This document shows, piece by piece, positions 29,601 through 37,259 of a DNA stretch of 64,000 nucleotides. A model generated the notes under the pieces. It was not told where the DNA came from and did no database searches. It saw only the letters and a list, made by a program, of their open reading frames with translations. The first letter of the stretch is position 1. The number at the start of each line of letters is the position of its first letter. The translations under genes and the position numbers were made by a program. The stretch lies in the IMG/VR virus record IMGVR_UViG_3300008113_000144, positions 1 to 64,000 of that record. One strand, 5' to 3'. The DNA is from a virus.

Positions 29601-31115
29601 GATTAATTTTAGATGCTTTTGATCTGCTAACGGCTCAACAACTTCAGTTGTTAATAAATCAGTAACATTTGGGAAAGATGAAGAGCAGATATAAAAATAT
29701 TGGTCATCTTCATAAATTGCTGATACATCAGCATTTAAATCACCTACTTGACTGTTTACGCCAGGAACAAAAGAATTTACTTTATCAAAGTCTGTATTTA
29801 ATAACCATCTTGTGGCATTTGATTCAACATCAAAAATTATTGGATGTCTAGATTCAAAACCAGAGCTTTCTGCTTGTACAATGTCTCCAGTTTCGGAATA
29901 TGGCTTGCCATCTTTTGGTAATAGGTTATAAAGTACACCTAAAGTAACAAGAGTTACTCCCGATCCTTCAATAGTAGAAAAACTGTATACTGGCTGACCT
30001 TCTGTGTGTAATTGTTGGGCAGATCTTTCTGTGATAACAAATTGATTTAGGTTCTTTTCTGTGTATTCAAAAATTTCTGAGCCAATTTGTATTTTTCCTT
30101 GCTTTGGAAATCCTTGAGTTGAAAATACATCAATTCTTTTTCCTGGTCCATCAGAAGGAGAAATGTTAGTTCTTAAAGTTGTTTTACCAGCTACTCTAAA
30201 AGAACCATTTACTGTAGAAGGCTCTAAAACAAGCTCGTAAATATCTTCGTTTCCTGCTTTGCCAATGTAAGAAACATTGTCTACAACAGCAGAAGCAAAG
30301 GTAATAGACTTATCAAAATCATCTAAAGCTTGAGTAATTGTGTTGCCAACAAGTGAATTTACGTCACCAGAGATTACTTTTACTTTTAAAGCATACTTAT
30401 TAATCCAATCTGAAGTTGATGCTTTTAAAGTAAAATCTTTTGGATTGTATACAGATACTTGCTCTGTAGGATCTTTAGAAATGATAGAATTAAAAATAAA
30501 TCTAATTGATCTATCAGTTCCTTTTGCTCTGTAGAAATCACCAATATTTTTAATTAGTGTTCTCTTGTCTACGTCATTCTTTAAATACTTTTCTGGAAAC
30601 GCTCCGAGATATTCAGCTTCAAAGTTTTTAACAAAAGCGTATAAGAATAAATTACTAATGTTGAAAACTTCGTCTCCTGTGTAATGAGGAGCCGCTTGTG
30701 TAGTTACGAATTCGCTTGAAGTGTATAGATCTCCTAGAGTATTGTTGCCGCTAACACCTCTAGATACTTCTAAAAATTGTGTTTCTGTTCTTTCTTTGTA
30801 GAAACAGATCTCGTCACCAATTCTGATATAACCATTTTCTTCTGGGAAAGAAGAAGCATCTTCTACGCTAATTGTTGTTGCATTATTAGCAATAGATTGT
30901 GATAGCTTTGTATTTTGGTTTAATAAATTCTTTTCGTAAAAATTAATATCACGATACTTAGTGATATTCGATAAAATATCTAATGGCTGACCACGTAGTT
31001 CTAACTGCTCGTAGTATTTCTCTACAAACTTAGAAAAGTTTTCGTACTCGCTAGAAATGAACCCAGGTAATTGACTCTCGATTAGGGTTGAGATTTTTCT
31101 TGTCTTAGCGGCCAT
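20685..31115 (-). CDS. gp7: Baseplate wedge initiator gp7 (3476 aa, expanded)
   Basis: Lies between gp6 and gp8. ISTLIESQLPGFI...FVEKYYE, IKNIGDFYRAKGT, DSYFYQDYSYVIKS...THPAGF; YHYH-like segment HSPIIGYAYDGNPIYGPYG. Confidence 0.85.
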   Translation of the reverse strand: MAAKTRKISTLIESQLPGFISSEYENFSKFVEKYYEQLELRGQPLDILSNITKYRDINFYEKNLLNQNTKLSQSIANNATTISVEDASSFPEENGYIRIGDEICFYKERTETQFLEVSRGVSGNNTLGDLYTSSEFVTTQAAPHYTGDEVFNISNLFLYAFVKNFEAEYLGAFPEKYLKNDVDKRTLIKNIGDFYRAKGTDRSIRFIFNSIISKDPTEQVSVYNPKDFTLKASTSDWINKYALKVKVISGDVNSLVGNTITQALDDFDKSITFASAVVDNVSYIGKAGNEDIYELVLEPSTVNGSFRVAGKTTLRTNISPSDGPGKRIDVFSTQGFPKQGKIQIGSEIFEYTEKNLNQFVITERSAQQLHTEGQPVYSFSTIEGSGVTLVTLGVLYNLLPKDGKPYSETGDIVQAESSGFESRHPIIFDVESNATRWLLNTDFDKVNSFVPGVNSQVGDLNADVSAIYEDDQYFYICSSSFPNVTDLLTTEVVEPLADQKHLKLIRKNPTTTTEVYQTTNRDVGILVDGTPIFSYKDFDSVKFGKIETITIDSKGNGYEAAPYVLINEQPNKALSSLSGQTVGEITLISDDNYQEDPVIRITSGEGAKLSAVVTEGRITSIKVDNPGQYYSSPPIIRIIDELGKGNFAEYEAILTTDGKIESCKRISGGRFYTRGYVSIFVDPVGKGAQASAKIKRWVKNRYEKLKNSLDTNNSYVFENFDISRKYGYGVVANPVVLRKRINDNLTSAYEQTATLKHSPIIGYAYDGNPIYGPYGYSDPVNSNSSIARLSSGYQLKNSRPNGPSITEYPLGTFIDDYTWVPSVQSGKLELDQNNGRFCVTPDYPNGVYAYFLSINSSNTPVFPYVLGNNYYSLPVDSNYNSKISQDDIPTNVKRLKTSDFEENGLNFIGFIKDVKSGTVSKAAVYNSLPNFSVNSFISINDFLTEGFGAEANVSSVQGKDVVSLESEQTKAVQIRIDKIAYLFEGDVITQNQSDGNQAGGVLIGDVINDSEFVLRNVSGQFNLTDPISSSTEVLTLILDKNSTFTKGSILTLTDGKGKANSDIATGEVLEGILRQNSLKIKVISGQFNIDDNYFLKSSNLGDTSRSKIISKFSLSKNLNIFEIDDKVAILETEENHNVAIGDKITVDVLPNDAETQTTYFVRKRLYQKAILNQISHNSRIVDRGIGSADVLNSGSDYTFAQSYQNVELIFQDSTKARDGLGLPGNPNNAKATIEISNIDGLGYGPVRRVTITNKGSGYLPGDVLTVADEDLGRLSNTGSEQRLYIVVDHVGFAATNETLKLSNITNLSIGDYLKLNEEIVQITSVDIEEKSVRVERGQKGTRPTNHFDGLAVSLFEGNYRFAENYRPFGEQANTPYIISYDENKKEIFVSYDYGTTNPVKILQSSIFFDSSTPAKLVTIKTAEDPQFNLEFSKNTEDNLITNPIIEIQKYYKYKFDVSHFSMVNTYLDFSASSNYNIFTEEKFVSNVSPGSPGSFVTIKLGFGPNISNNNFTERRRINFNNYFYFIKVSPDVNTNNSFLKIIDDPLVGEKTVSYATSKKLVYKLSTIPEYDGTGVITYTTTSPFAIGKIDKIKITNTGQNYKKIPTVDGVLPSAEYECLVDPIYDTLNKTVVGFDIIQQGINYSKPKAIIIDSESEYEFKCIQESGKVTSILVLNGGKFTEKPTVKIIETDVSIFLESETIGVPQNISIVNNGYYFNADKTTLAKYKSNTTFLLKDFNDYDFFPGETITQPFTGAKAKVSKNGWRAGSNLLKVENIQGIFENNYPIFGKDVTRTAILVSQLSTEFNPDIRSYYDNLGFYSSDKGKVGANSQKLLDSYFYQDYSYVIKSKTPIEVWKDLIKETTHPAGFQLFGEVLIETDSSITMPSDQKTVETYSVITLAPVNITVIDTRKYVTNTVVKYESLLVERGLGAVSVDTFDSSETLAYNVRLSPEFDGDFDPNTGKVVGTTEFTLINTKTNTPLFLDNPQQIVVTLDGILQEPGKSYTISGTTIKFSQPPFGTRIVEGQEVSPQKFYGRAIKFKNSSLNSRYFKKIKSISNQFDGVKTSFDLYYEDNSIVKTDQNENLIVTLNGVIQNSKSFADTQFGNSYYILRSEDPSVTDKIVFSSAPIDQEDQYDTELPSELKGSEKCFIYTIGNYERFTIENRLIEFRKGGPYLILDELEGRVRKIDESLYAFVIIDGVLQREGDSYQIVGPNITFTNPLQKYISESGETIYQQVSIILVYGRDLPKSLTFYDFEPDTYYNSIDVTIVGNNVSQTFSDLYTDLSVFKIVLNEGDNTLGYIRGFKKVSSNEIIVTLLNHNLSDTINLSDPDLKIINIEELEETFILVEQLDTASYNYNVTFPDETNDWNVTTTFNPTQNLSDSTLTLRQGNTVTFNVNTLGRPFYILDRLEPQNSETSTFVLSYNGTGFVDPGRPTDVNPSIFVSAYNILELVISSPSSVSIVKDDGFGNRTPVTNNILNNGTSNGTITWVIPNDLTSIYYYQLDSDPSVYNRIFVNSYTGSYYNQNYEVPAVQNNGTFNGVVTWNLTESTTVQKYYYVDVFGPYYGEINVLSGEPIFVPQITTQYKEYPISNVDSIEYSYTEDSEGNRILKRNISPWLFDTKAGDDAWLEKNVLNANLYPGDKIQIDGELDYREILSLPNFVNTRNYNPSEYISNQIYTKVRSTNYEGITRGEGLSITANVDFEDGSISSLNVSDIEYNKRDLQLYFERGILLQPTAYQYYTTPKVYFIPVDGNGGGAKAEVIAYGGQILDIVLVDGGSGYTQPPKVVVARGYNRIKQPTRKIDSSTVLNISSSIAITTEHSTTSTITISGSGPAALGIFSLITFGGLLDKKELDRFVTQIITPKPKVLATAQQKFDTEILIDSRTSIADPLNYITSRQITSIIDVPADIVSSSTISSIDREITVNINKILNNAIIEIPSDATNDVGAFLDAPLSLTDTIVYIPDTRRFPDASRLLIGKEIVRYARKLSDRFLGVERGAAGTTVTTHEAGDYLRHLPELISIVPVGPTTIFTTEVTSTVIPQPTVLVQSISLVVEASVIEDVEREINTQYNFEVPDVKEIDVIKEIIIIPPISYNVVTNIYSTQSYVSTLTEAGVLNVSNAVNVQMSGETDKEITTVQSINLELDVITSSTITTEVDYTFSSVSSVLSTSLVTSDRLITNFVNIGLDNTNLVESTNITVLAANALSVVSTLTTILSDPISREIKLNHNLYADNTYIQTSNTITTNLDVPLTVYTLSTLLSSKLAKNADVTRFYKTGTLDYYLESIILDNVVLTRTGEVILEDPINEVLTRNNGIVEVENKAVILDEFYTSYYSINAGFNLKTYENNKFIDTGLLSTSTSIEEISFIYPTITVDDFTERPYSAITLSGAKFNLAAPSIQNPVVLSVLTDLSTTNILSVVGNTSKFPTSGYLFQGSSTQYTVISYTGKTSTSFTGCTVISGSSTIDSGNDIIPYSV

Positions 31116-31119
31116 TTAA

Positions 31120-32928
31120 TTACTCGGGAAAAGCAGTGAACTTACTTTTTGCTATATCGATATCCAAATAGACATTACGAATAGCATTTAAATCATTTGA
31201 AAATGGTTTTACACGTACTTCAATACGATTATCGTCGAAACTACCTTTAATAATAGTTAAATCGTATATCATTATCTCTCCTTTTTCATAATCAACATCA
31301 CCTAAAGAATCATTTAAAATGATCTTATCACCAGTTAGAGAATCTAATCTATATAGGACAATTTTGCCAGCCCTATCCTCAAAATACACTGTAAAATTGG
31401 GGTAATCACTGGTTGTAAAACCAGTAGACATGACGACTGGACCATCACATGTAGAATCAAATTTATTTTGATAACAAAGCTCATAATAGAATTTTGAATT
31501 AAGTGATGGGAAGAAATCCTTTCTCATCAAAATCGAAGTTTGGTTTGAATTGATTGATCTATCAGCATCATCAATTACAGAAATAAATTTACTATATCTA
31601 AATTTACCATTGAATTTTTCTGTATCTGATTGAGCAATATACTCTTCCAAAGCAGAAATAATTTTACTACGAATTTCTTCTGGCTTTTGTGTAGTTTTTG
31701 ATCTATCAAAATAAATTTTACTATTCATTTCAACATACAAAATTGATGGATCTAAAATTTCTGGGATAACAGATCCAACCATGTAAGGCTTTAGTTTTCT
31801 AATAATTTCCTGTTTAGTCGTTGATGAAAGGAAAGCAGAATTTTTTGGCTTGATTACAATCTTAACCTTGCCATATTCAGGATTTCTTTCCTCTTCTCCA
31901 CCATAAGTGATAATATCAGCAACAGCAGGATAAATGTTTCTGCCGCTAATAATAGCAGCATAGTCAGATGCCGTCACAGCACGATCTTGAGTGCCGAAAT
32001 ATTTTGGAGCATTGAATTTGATGTTGGTGATAGATTCGATGCCTTCTCCTCCATCAGAAGGAGTGTTGGTGGAGTTTAGAACAGTAACCTGTGTTGGATA
32101 TACAGAATTTCCGTTAATATCTTCTAATACACCAGCAAACGTGAAAGTTCTTGCTCCATTAGTTAACGGACCATTTGTAATCAAGTAAGAAATTTCAACA
32201 AATTCATTGCTTTCTAGCTTTCTGCCCAATATTCCATCACCAAAAAATATTTCATATCTTTCATCTTCAATTTCTTCGATGTAAAATACTGTAGAATTTC
32301 TATTGACATTCAGAATGTTATCAGAATATTCGTATTCAGTAAATTGAGTGCTATTTTGATTTGGATATACTTTTACACGAACGGTTGAAATATCAGCATT
32401 AGGGTTGTCAATAATAAAACGCTGAGATTTTAAAGCTGTGTTTACAATAAAGCTATTTGTTATAATACCACCTTCATACACAGGAACATTTCTGAAAGCA
32501 GCAGTATTTGAATTAACAGCAGCTTCTTGTGCTTCTACTACAACATATTGATATAGATTCTCATCAAAAATTGTGTTGAAGCCAGTTCCTTTTCTTAAAA
32601 ATATAGTATTTGGAGCAGTTCCTGTAAAAACTACGTCAAAATTTACATATGCTACTGGAGCAGTGATCGATTTTGGCTTATAACCAATTTGCTTTGCTAA
32701 TGATACTACATTGTCTCTTATCGTAGCGGAAGACAAGAACAGCTCATTAACCACCATATTGGTGTTAAATGCTGTATAATAAGTATTATAAGCAAGTAAA
32801 TCTACTAACGTACTAAGAGCAGAACCCTCAAAGTCGTAATCAGTGAAATCTGAATGGGATCTTAGATATTCGATTAATGAAATTCTAATCTGATCGAAAT
32901 CTAGATTGTTTACTTGAGTATACGACAT
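31120..32928 (-). CDS. gp6: Baseplate wedge subunit gp6
   Basis: LDFDQIRISL...FTDYDFEGSALSTLVDLLAYNTYY; QDRAVTASDY; PEYGKVKIVIKP. Confidence 0.93.
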   Translation of the reverse strand: MSYTQVNNLDFDQIRISLIEYLRSHSDFTDYDFEGSALSTLVDLLAYNTYYTAFNTNMVVNELFLSSATIRDNVVSLAKQIGYKPKSITAPVAYVNFDVVFTGTAPNTIFLRKGTGFNTIFDENLYQYVVVEAQEAAVNSNTAAFRNVPVYEGGIITNSFIVNTALKSQRFIIDNPNADISTVRVKVYPNQNSTQFTEYEYSDNILNVNRNSTVFYIEEIEDERYEIFFGDGILGRKLESNEFVEISYLITNGPLTNGARTFTFAGVLEDINGNSVYPTQVTVLNSTNTPSDGGEGIESITNIKFNAPKYFGTQDRAVTASDYAAIISGRNIYPAVADIITYGGEEERNPEYGKVKIVIKPKNSAFLSSTTKQEIIRKLKPYMVGSVIPEILDPSILYVEMNSKIYFDRSKTTQKPEEIRSKIISALEEYIAQSDTEKFNGKFRYSKFISVIDDADRSINSNQTSILMRKDFFPSLNSKFYYELCYQNKFDSTCDGPVVMSTGFTTSDYPNFTVYFEDRAGKIVLYRLDSLTGDKIILNDSLGDVDYEKGEIMIYDLTIIKGSFDDNRIEVRVKPFSNDLNAIRNVYLDIDIAKSKFTAFPE

Positions 32929-33321
32929 TTATCGAGTTCTCTCTAAAAAGAATGTAACGGATTGTGGGAAGTCTTCTCTGCCAATAACTTCAAAAGTTAA
33001 TTCAACTTCAAATCCATTAGAATCATAATTTGTAAATGTTTCTAATGAAACAATCGAAATTCTTGGTTCATAAGTTCTCAAAACATTTCTAATTTCATTT
33101 GTTATTTGAGCAGCTGTGGCAACATCCAATGGTTCAAATAACAATTTATTTAAAGATGACCCAACTTTAGGTTTGAACAACCTTTCGCCTTTATTTGTTA
33201 ATAGCAAACTAACAATAGCCTGCTTGATAGCAGCCTCACCCTTTACTGTAGTTAAGTCTCCAGTAATAGGGTGAGGTTTAAATGTTATATTCAGATCTTT
33301 AAAAGTCTGAAAATCGGGCAT
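32929..33321 (-). CDS. gp25: Baseplate wedge subunit gp25
   Basis: AIKQAIVSLLLTNKGERLFKPKVGS...LFEP...YEPRI (GPW/gp25 family). Confidence 0.93.
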   Translation of the reverse strand: MPDFQTFKDLNITFKPHPITGDLTTVKGEAAIKQAIVSLLLTNKGERLFKPKVGSSLNKLLFEPLDVATAAQITNEIRNVLRTYEPRISIVSLETFTNYDSNGFEVELTFEVIGREDFPQSVTFFLERTR

Positions 33322-33337
33322 AGGACTGTTTTTATAT

Positions 33338-33345
33338 TATTTATA
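33338..33345 (-). promoter_or_regulatory. Late promoter (TATAAATA)
   Basis: Perfect consensus just upstream of gp25. Confidence 0.85.
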
Positions 33346-33347
33346 TC

Positions 33348-33539
33348 TCACTCCTCAAACCTTTCAACATAATCATCGAAGCCGTTGGCACCGCCACAAG
33401 GTCTCGATAAACGATCTTCTGGTACTTTATAATTATTTTTTCTAACTTTTCTCAAGTGTTTTTCTGAAGCAAGGTCTGAGATCAGAGTCATACCTGATTG
33501 AATAAACGCCTCACTTTTGTCTACGGGTGATAATGCCAT
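33348..33539 (-). CDS. Conserved cyanophage hypothetical protein
   Basis: 63-aa ORF with AGGAGA RBS; DRLSRPCGGANGFDDYVERF. Confidence 0.75.
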   Translation of the reverse strand: MALSPVDKSEAFIQSGMTLISDLASEKHLRKVRKNNYKVPEDRLSRPCGGANGFDDYVERFEE

Positions 33540-33583
33540 CTGTTTTCTCCTATAAGGTTTAAACAGAACTTTTAGAGGGGTTG

Positions 33584-34015
33584 CTATCCCTGTACAATCT
33601 TATTATACATCTCTTCCGTCCAAAATGAATAATAACGAGTTGTGTGGAGAGACTCTCTAGCTTTTAATAGTTTCTCTTTATTTTGGCATAGTATCAAATT
33701 ATATTTGCCATTATTTGTTTGTACGCCATTGATATAAGTGTGGTCATCTTTATGATCATCTAAAAAAATGTAATCGGGATAAGCTTCGTTAAGCTGCCTA
33801 CAACGCTCTAGAAGCTCATCGAGAGTATGAGAATCATCCAATACAAAAATAGCGACTTCAACCCCTTCTAGAGGCTGTAAGTCGCTAATCAGACGTTTTT
33901 CAATTTGATACTTAGCAAACATAGCGTAAGGGCAGGTGGCAAACCTGCCTAACTCACGCTTTGGTTTTGTAAGACTGAGAATCCAGTCTTGAATGTCTTT
34001 AGTTACCTTGTCCAC
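33584..34015 (-). CDS. Hypothetical protein, DUF1415-like (CPYA motif)
   Basis: Probable GTG start at 34015 (VDKVTKDIQDW...TCPYA...DDH); the upstream extension in the ORF track overlaps another gene. Confidence 0.65.
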   Translation of the reverse strand: MDKVTKDIQDWILSLTKPKRELGRFATCPYAMFAKYQIEKRLISDLQPLEGVEVAIFVLDDSHTLDELLERCRQLNEAYPDYIFLDDHKDDHTYINGVQTNNGKYNLILCQNKEKLLKARESLHTTRYYSFWTEEMYNKIVQG

Positions 34016-34142
34016 GATACTTTTTACGGGCATTGTTTCGACTAGTGCTAGCATACTTTGTATGCTTTCCATCTCCCTGACGGGACTTCTTCGGTTTGGA
34101 CTCAATTTGGTTAGCACCAGTAAACGAGGGACGCTTTGCCAT
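33999..34142 (-). CDS. Small highly basic protein (47 aa)
   Basis: MAKRPSFTGANQIESKPKKSRQGDGKHTKYASTSRNNARKKYRGQGN; has its own sigma70-type promoter. Confidence 0.8.
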   Translation of the reverse strand: MAKRPSFTGANQIESKPKKSRQGDGKHTKYASTSRNNARKKYRGQGN

Positions 34143-34167
34143 AGGATTAAAACTCAACTACCCCCCT

Positions 34168-34196
34168 AGTATACACCATTTACTTCCTGGTGTCAA
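34168..34196 (-). promoter_or_regulatory. Sigma70-like promoter TTGACA-17-TATACT
   Basis: Near-consensus boxes with 17-bp spacer upstream of the ORF at 34142. Confidence 0.8.
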
Positions 34197-34509
34197 CAAA
34201 CACAGAGGTGGCACCAAACGCCGCCACCTGTCCCGAAGGACCAAACTGAGATGTTAATAAACTACCGATCACTGCCATTGGTTGCTTATCAACAAAAACT
34301 GTTGGTGAACCAGTTGATATACGATCTGTATGTACGTCAGGTGGTAGATGTTGATGAGGAAGCGTTTCGTTGCCTACATGGTGTACTTGCTTCCCATTGA
34401 TGAATACCCCAGCAGAAGCTCCTGTAGGGGGCGGAGCATACCCCACAGGAGGCCATGGTCCATGTCCACTTGTCATGTCCTCAGGGGTGTATAGAGCAGG
34501 AATGTCCAT
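34180..34509 (-). CDS. PAAR-family spike tip protein (T4 gp5.4-like)
   Basis: SGHGPWPP...VFINGK...H...H...STGSPTVFVDKQPMAVIGS...GATSVFV. Confidence 0.85.
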   Translation of the reverse strand: MDIPALYTPEDMTSGHGPWPPVGYAPPPTGASAGVFINGKQVHHVGNETLPHQHLPPDVHTDRISTGSPTVFVDKQPMAVIGSLLTSQFGPSGQVAAFGATSVFVDTRK

Positions 34510-35237
34510 TACTCTTCTTCAAAATTATCTCCTTCAATATTTAGGATAGCATTTATTCTTCTACGCTTCAATAAAAACTTCAAACGCTCATTCGCTGCCT
34601 TTTGATTGTATTGTACAATCATATAAGCAGTTGAAGGATAGGTTCCTAATGTTGAAGTGATCACAACATCAAAATAAAATCTCAATTTCTTGTTAATTTT
34701 CTTTAAATCGAAAGGTAAATTCGTTGGAAAGTTCTCTAAAGGCGCATAAAAGAATCCGTCACTCGTAAATCGGGTAACGGCATTTAAATATGACACTACA
34801 ATCTCTCGATCATACCAATTTCTTTCAGTGAAATAACCTGAAATGGTACAGACGCCACCAGCCCCAGGCGTAGTGACCACCAGAGGCTCCAGGAAGAGCC
34901 CAGGAGCCCAGAAAGGTGACACTTTAATCTTCAGGGGAGCATCTAGAGAACGGGTGGTTTCAGAGCCAGGTAGAGGGTCCTCAAGAACACATGATTTCAG
35001 AGTTATAGTCAGACTAGTAATAACCTCCAAGGGTGCTGTTGGGATAGCACTCACAGCTAATGTGAATGGCTGATAAGTGCTGATATAATTGGCATTAGGT
35101 CCGCCCTCCCCATCAGGTAACTTATTTGCTACTGGACGAAACTCCCAGGTAGCCGAAGGTATCGCTGGATTTGCTGTCGGTGGACCTGGGAGTGGTGCTG
35201 GTCCTACTGTGAGACCATCAACTAATAACGTTGCCAT
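34509..35237 (-). CDS. Hypothetical Pro-rich protein, probably virion-associated
   Basis: 242-aa ORF coupled to the PAAR gene. Confidence 0.7.
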   Translation of the reverse strand: MATLLVDGLTVGPAPLPGPPTANPAIPSATWEFRPVANKLPDGEGGPNANYISTYQPFTLAVSAIPTAPLEVITSLTITLKSCVLEDPLPGSETTRSLDAPLKIKVSPFWAPGLFLEPLVVTTPGAGGVCTISGYFTERNWYDREIVVSYLNAVTRFTSDGFFYAPLENFPTNLPFDLKKINKKLRFYFDVVITSTLGTYPSTAYMIVQYNQKAANERLKFLLKRRRINAILNIEGDNFEEE

Positions 35238-35421
35238 TTTCTAACTTTCTAAGTCTTTCATCGAGTTCATCCAGAAACTCAACAATATTTACATATTCTT
35301 CCCGTTGGGGAGGCTTGTACATCATTTTGAATGGGACTGGAAGCTGGTCGAGCTTAGCCTTGAGGTTCTGGACCAGTTTCACCAAGGAATTCCATTCCTC
35401 TATTGTCACCTTGTTGTTCAT
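35218..35421 (-). CDS. Small coiled-coil hypothetical protein
   Basis: 67 aa; MYKPP...FLDELDERLRKLE. Confidence 0.7.
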   Translation of the reverse strand: MNNKVTIEEWNSLVKLVQNLKAKLDQLPVPFKMMYKPPQREEYVNIVEFLDELDERLRKLENGNVIS

Positions 35422-35602
35422 TCGTAACCTTCTCCTTTCTTACCATACTATCATAGATCGTCTCCACCGAGACTTCGGGTTTCATGCCAGCATAATACTG
35501 ATTGGCAATTTCATCGATGTTGTTGGCGAATTCATTGAAGTTGTCAAACATCTTCTCTTGTAATACCCCATCGGGGGTTCTGAAAGTGATTCTGTGTTCC
35601 AT
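35354..35602 (-). CDS. Hypothetical protein
   Basis: Likely start MEHRITFRTPDG at 35602; ATAAATA at 35719-35725 upstream. Confidence 0.7.
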   Translation of the reverse strand: MEHRITFRTPDGVLQEKMFDNFNEFANNIDEIANQYYAGMKPEVSVETIYDSMVRKEKVTNEQQGDNRGMEFLGETGPEPQG

Positions 35603-35612
35603 AGCGACCTTT

Positions 35613-35945
35613 TTAGTTAAAAAATATCTTGAAAATTTTTTTGAAACTGTCGAAAATAAAATCCCAAATTCCATCCAGGATTTTGTCTATAAAATCTGGG
35701 GAATGTGGTGTGTAACTGTATTTATTTGAATATTTTGTAGCGGAGCGCCGAGTTGATTTCGGTTTATTACTGGTACTGCCAGTTGACTCCCTGGTTCTTC
35801 GGCGTTCCCTTTTGTAATACTCTTTAAGGTTTTTACGTTTTTGGAGTTCTCTGGAGTAATTTGTTGCCTTTGATAAGTGTTGACCTTTTCTCATAATTTT
35901 TTTCTGGGCGGATTTTTTTATTTCTGTGAGAATCCTTTGAGACAT
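35613..35945 (-). CDS. Basic hypothetical protein
   Basis: 110-aa Lys/Arg-rich ORF at the boundary of the late region. Confidence 0.55.
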   Translation of the reverse strand: MSQRILTEIKKSAQKKIMRKGQHLSKATNYSRELQKRKNLKEYYKRERRRTRESTGSTSNKPKSTRRSATKYSNKYSYTPHSPDFIDKILDGIWDFIFDSFKKIFKIFFN

Positions 35946-36317
35946 TTAGAGGGCTCTGGGAAACGTTTATAGCTTAGAAAGACGGTACTTTTTTGGCGAC
36001 GCTCGGCGTTTATTATAATAAACGAACGATTACGATTAACTGTTAATTCTTTATACCTACACATACGATTAACTGCTATAAAGAATTAACAAACACTTAG
36101 GATTACAAAGTTATTATAATACACATGTAATCGTAAATGACTGTTTATTCTTATTACTGTGTAATTGTAATTATTGAATAATAGTTATTATCATGTATTT
36201 TATGTTTTTTCTAATAATAATAGAATTACACATTTTCCACATTGTATAATAAACTGAAAAAAAGAGAAAATAAAAAAAGGGGCAGATTCTGCCCCCTGAT
36301 AATTATAGAGAATTCGC
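35946..36317. other. AT-rich non-coding junction with palindrome and direct repeats (candidate origin or packaging region)
   Basis: Perfect 18-bp palindrome CGTTTATTATAATAAACG (36007-36024); TACGATTAACTG at 36031 and 36064; TTTTCCACA at 36233. Confidence 0.55.
36272..36295 (-). terminator. Intrinsic terminator
   Basis: GGGGCAGAATCTGCCCC followed by T7, just after the stop at 36318. Confidence 0.85.
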
Positions 36318-36596
36318 TCAATCTTGGGCGTAAGGCAGTTGCTGAAGATCGCCGTTTTTCCGTGCCTTGGCTATCACTGAACCGAGGGAGAATCCCAGGA
36401 GATCGGGTGATTTAATAATCTCGGCAAGGTGTACAGCAAAGCGAGATGTAGCATCGAAAGCGTATGCTTTCTCTGTGTTGCTCTGGTAGATGATTTCGAC
36501 GCAATTCTCGTCGATCTCGATGTTATGAATTGCCGAGGATTCGTCAATAGTGAAAGTCCGAAAAATCGGGGCTTTGCTGATAACGAAGGAAGGCAT
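36318..36596 (-). CDS. KTSC-like domain protein (copy 1)
   Basis: SSAIHNI...VEIIY...AYAF...SLGSVI pattern matches KTSC (SS.I..V.Y...L.V.F....Y.Y...S.G.YF); paralog at 40795. Confidence 0.6.
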   Translation of the reverse strand: MPSFVISKAPIFRTFTIDESSAIHNIEIDENCVEIIYQSNTEKAYAFDATSRFAVHLAEIIKSPDLLGFSLGSVIAKARKNGDLQQLPYAQD

Positions 36597-36662
36597 GGGT
36601 TTGAGTAGAGAATGGGGTGGTGGGGGGGCGGTGTGCCCCCCGTTGCTCGCTATCCTAGCACA

Positions 36663-36959
36663 TCACAGGCGGCTGTTCCGATCCTGTGCCCACATCGCCA
36701 GGCGCTGGGTGCTCGCCTTGCTGAACACCCGATCGTTCTGGGTGGTGCTGCCGTCAGCGTGGCGGACGACGTGGCGACCCGCTGCCTTGGCACACTGCTG
36801 GAGGGCACGGCGACCGAGGCGGTCGGTCTGGGCGAGGTTGAGCAGGAGGGCTGCTCGGTGCCCGCCGATCACCTGGGGGCGGTTGATCAGGATCTGAGCG
36901 ACTCGCTCGGCGTCGCCCATGAAAGCAGCGAAGCGGGAGGAGGGGATGATCTTGAGCAT
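36663..36959 (-). CDS. Early hypothetical protein (paralog of 40215-40394)
   Basis: Start MLKIIPSS; QTDRLGRRAL...AAGR...SKASTQRLAMW. Confidence 0.7.
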   Translation of the reverse strand: MLKIIPSSRFAAFMGDAERVAQILINRPQVIGGHRAALLLNLAQTDRLGRRALQQCAKAAGRHVVRHADGSTTQNDRVFSKASTQRLAMWAQDRNSRL

Positions 36960-37059
36960 GGGTCTCGGGGGTGGTGGGGGGCGGTGGTGCCCCCCGATGT
37001 CGTAATTATAGCGGATCGGGGGTGGCTGTCGAGGGTCGGCAGCCAGTTCCCGAAGTGTC

Positions 37060-37224
37060 CTAGTGGCGGTCGGAGATGTTCCAGGTGGTGGTAGGAACGG
37101 GGGTGAGCTTACCAGCTCGGATCGCCTGCCGCTGCTCGTGCTCACGCTGGAGGGTCGCCATGTAGGCTGCCATCGCCATCTGGCAGGCGGGGTCGTTCTT
37201 GGCGAATTCGTTGGTGATGAACAT
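37060..37224 (-). CDS. Early hypothetical protein (54 aa)
   Basis: MFITNEFAKNDPACQMAMAAY...WNISDRH; TATAAT immediately upstream. Confidence 0.7.
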   Translation of the reverse strand: MFITNEFAKNDPACQMAMAAYMATLQREHEQRQAIRAGKLTPVPTTTWNISDRH

Positions 37225-37259
37225 GGGGTGTCGGTTGCTGACTCTGTAATTATAACGGG

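Noticed and set aside
33999-34142. Basic peptide as an ArfA or ribosomal-protein homologue
   Set aside because: Only compositional resemblance; the ArfA KGKGSY motif is absent
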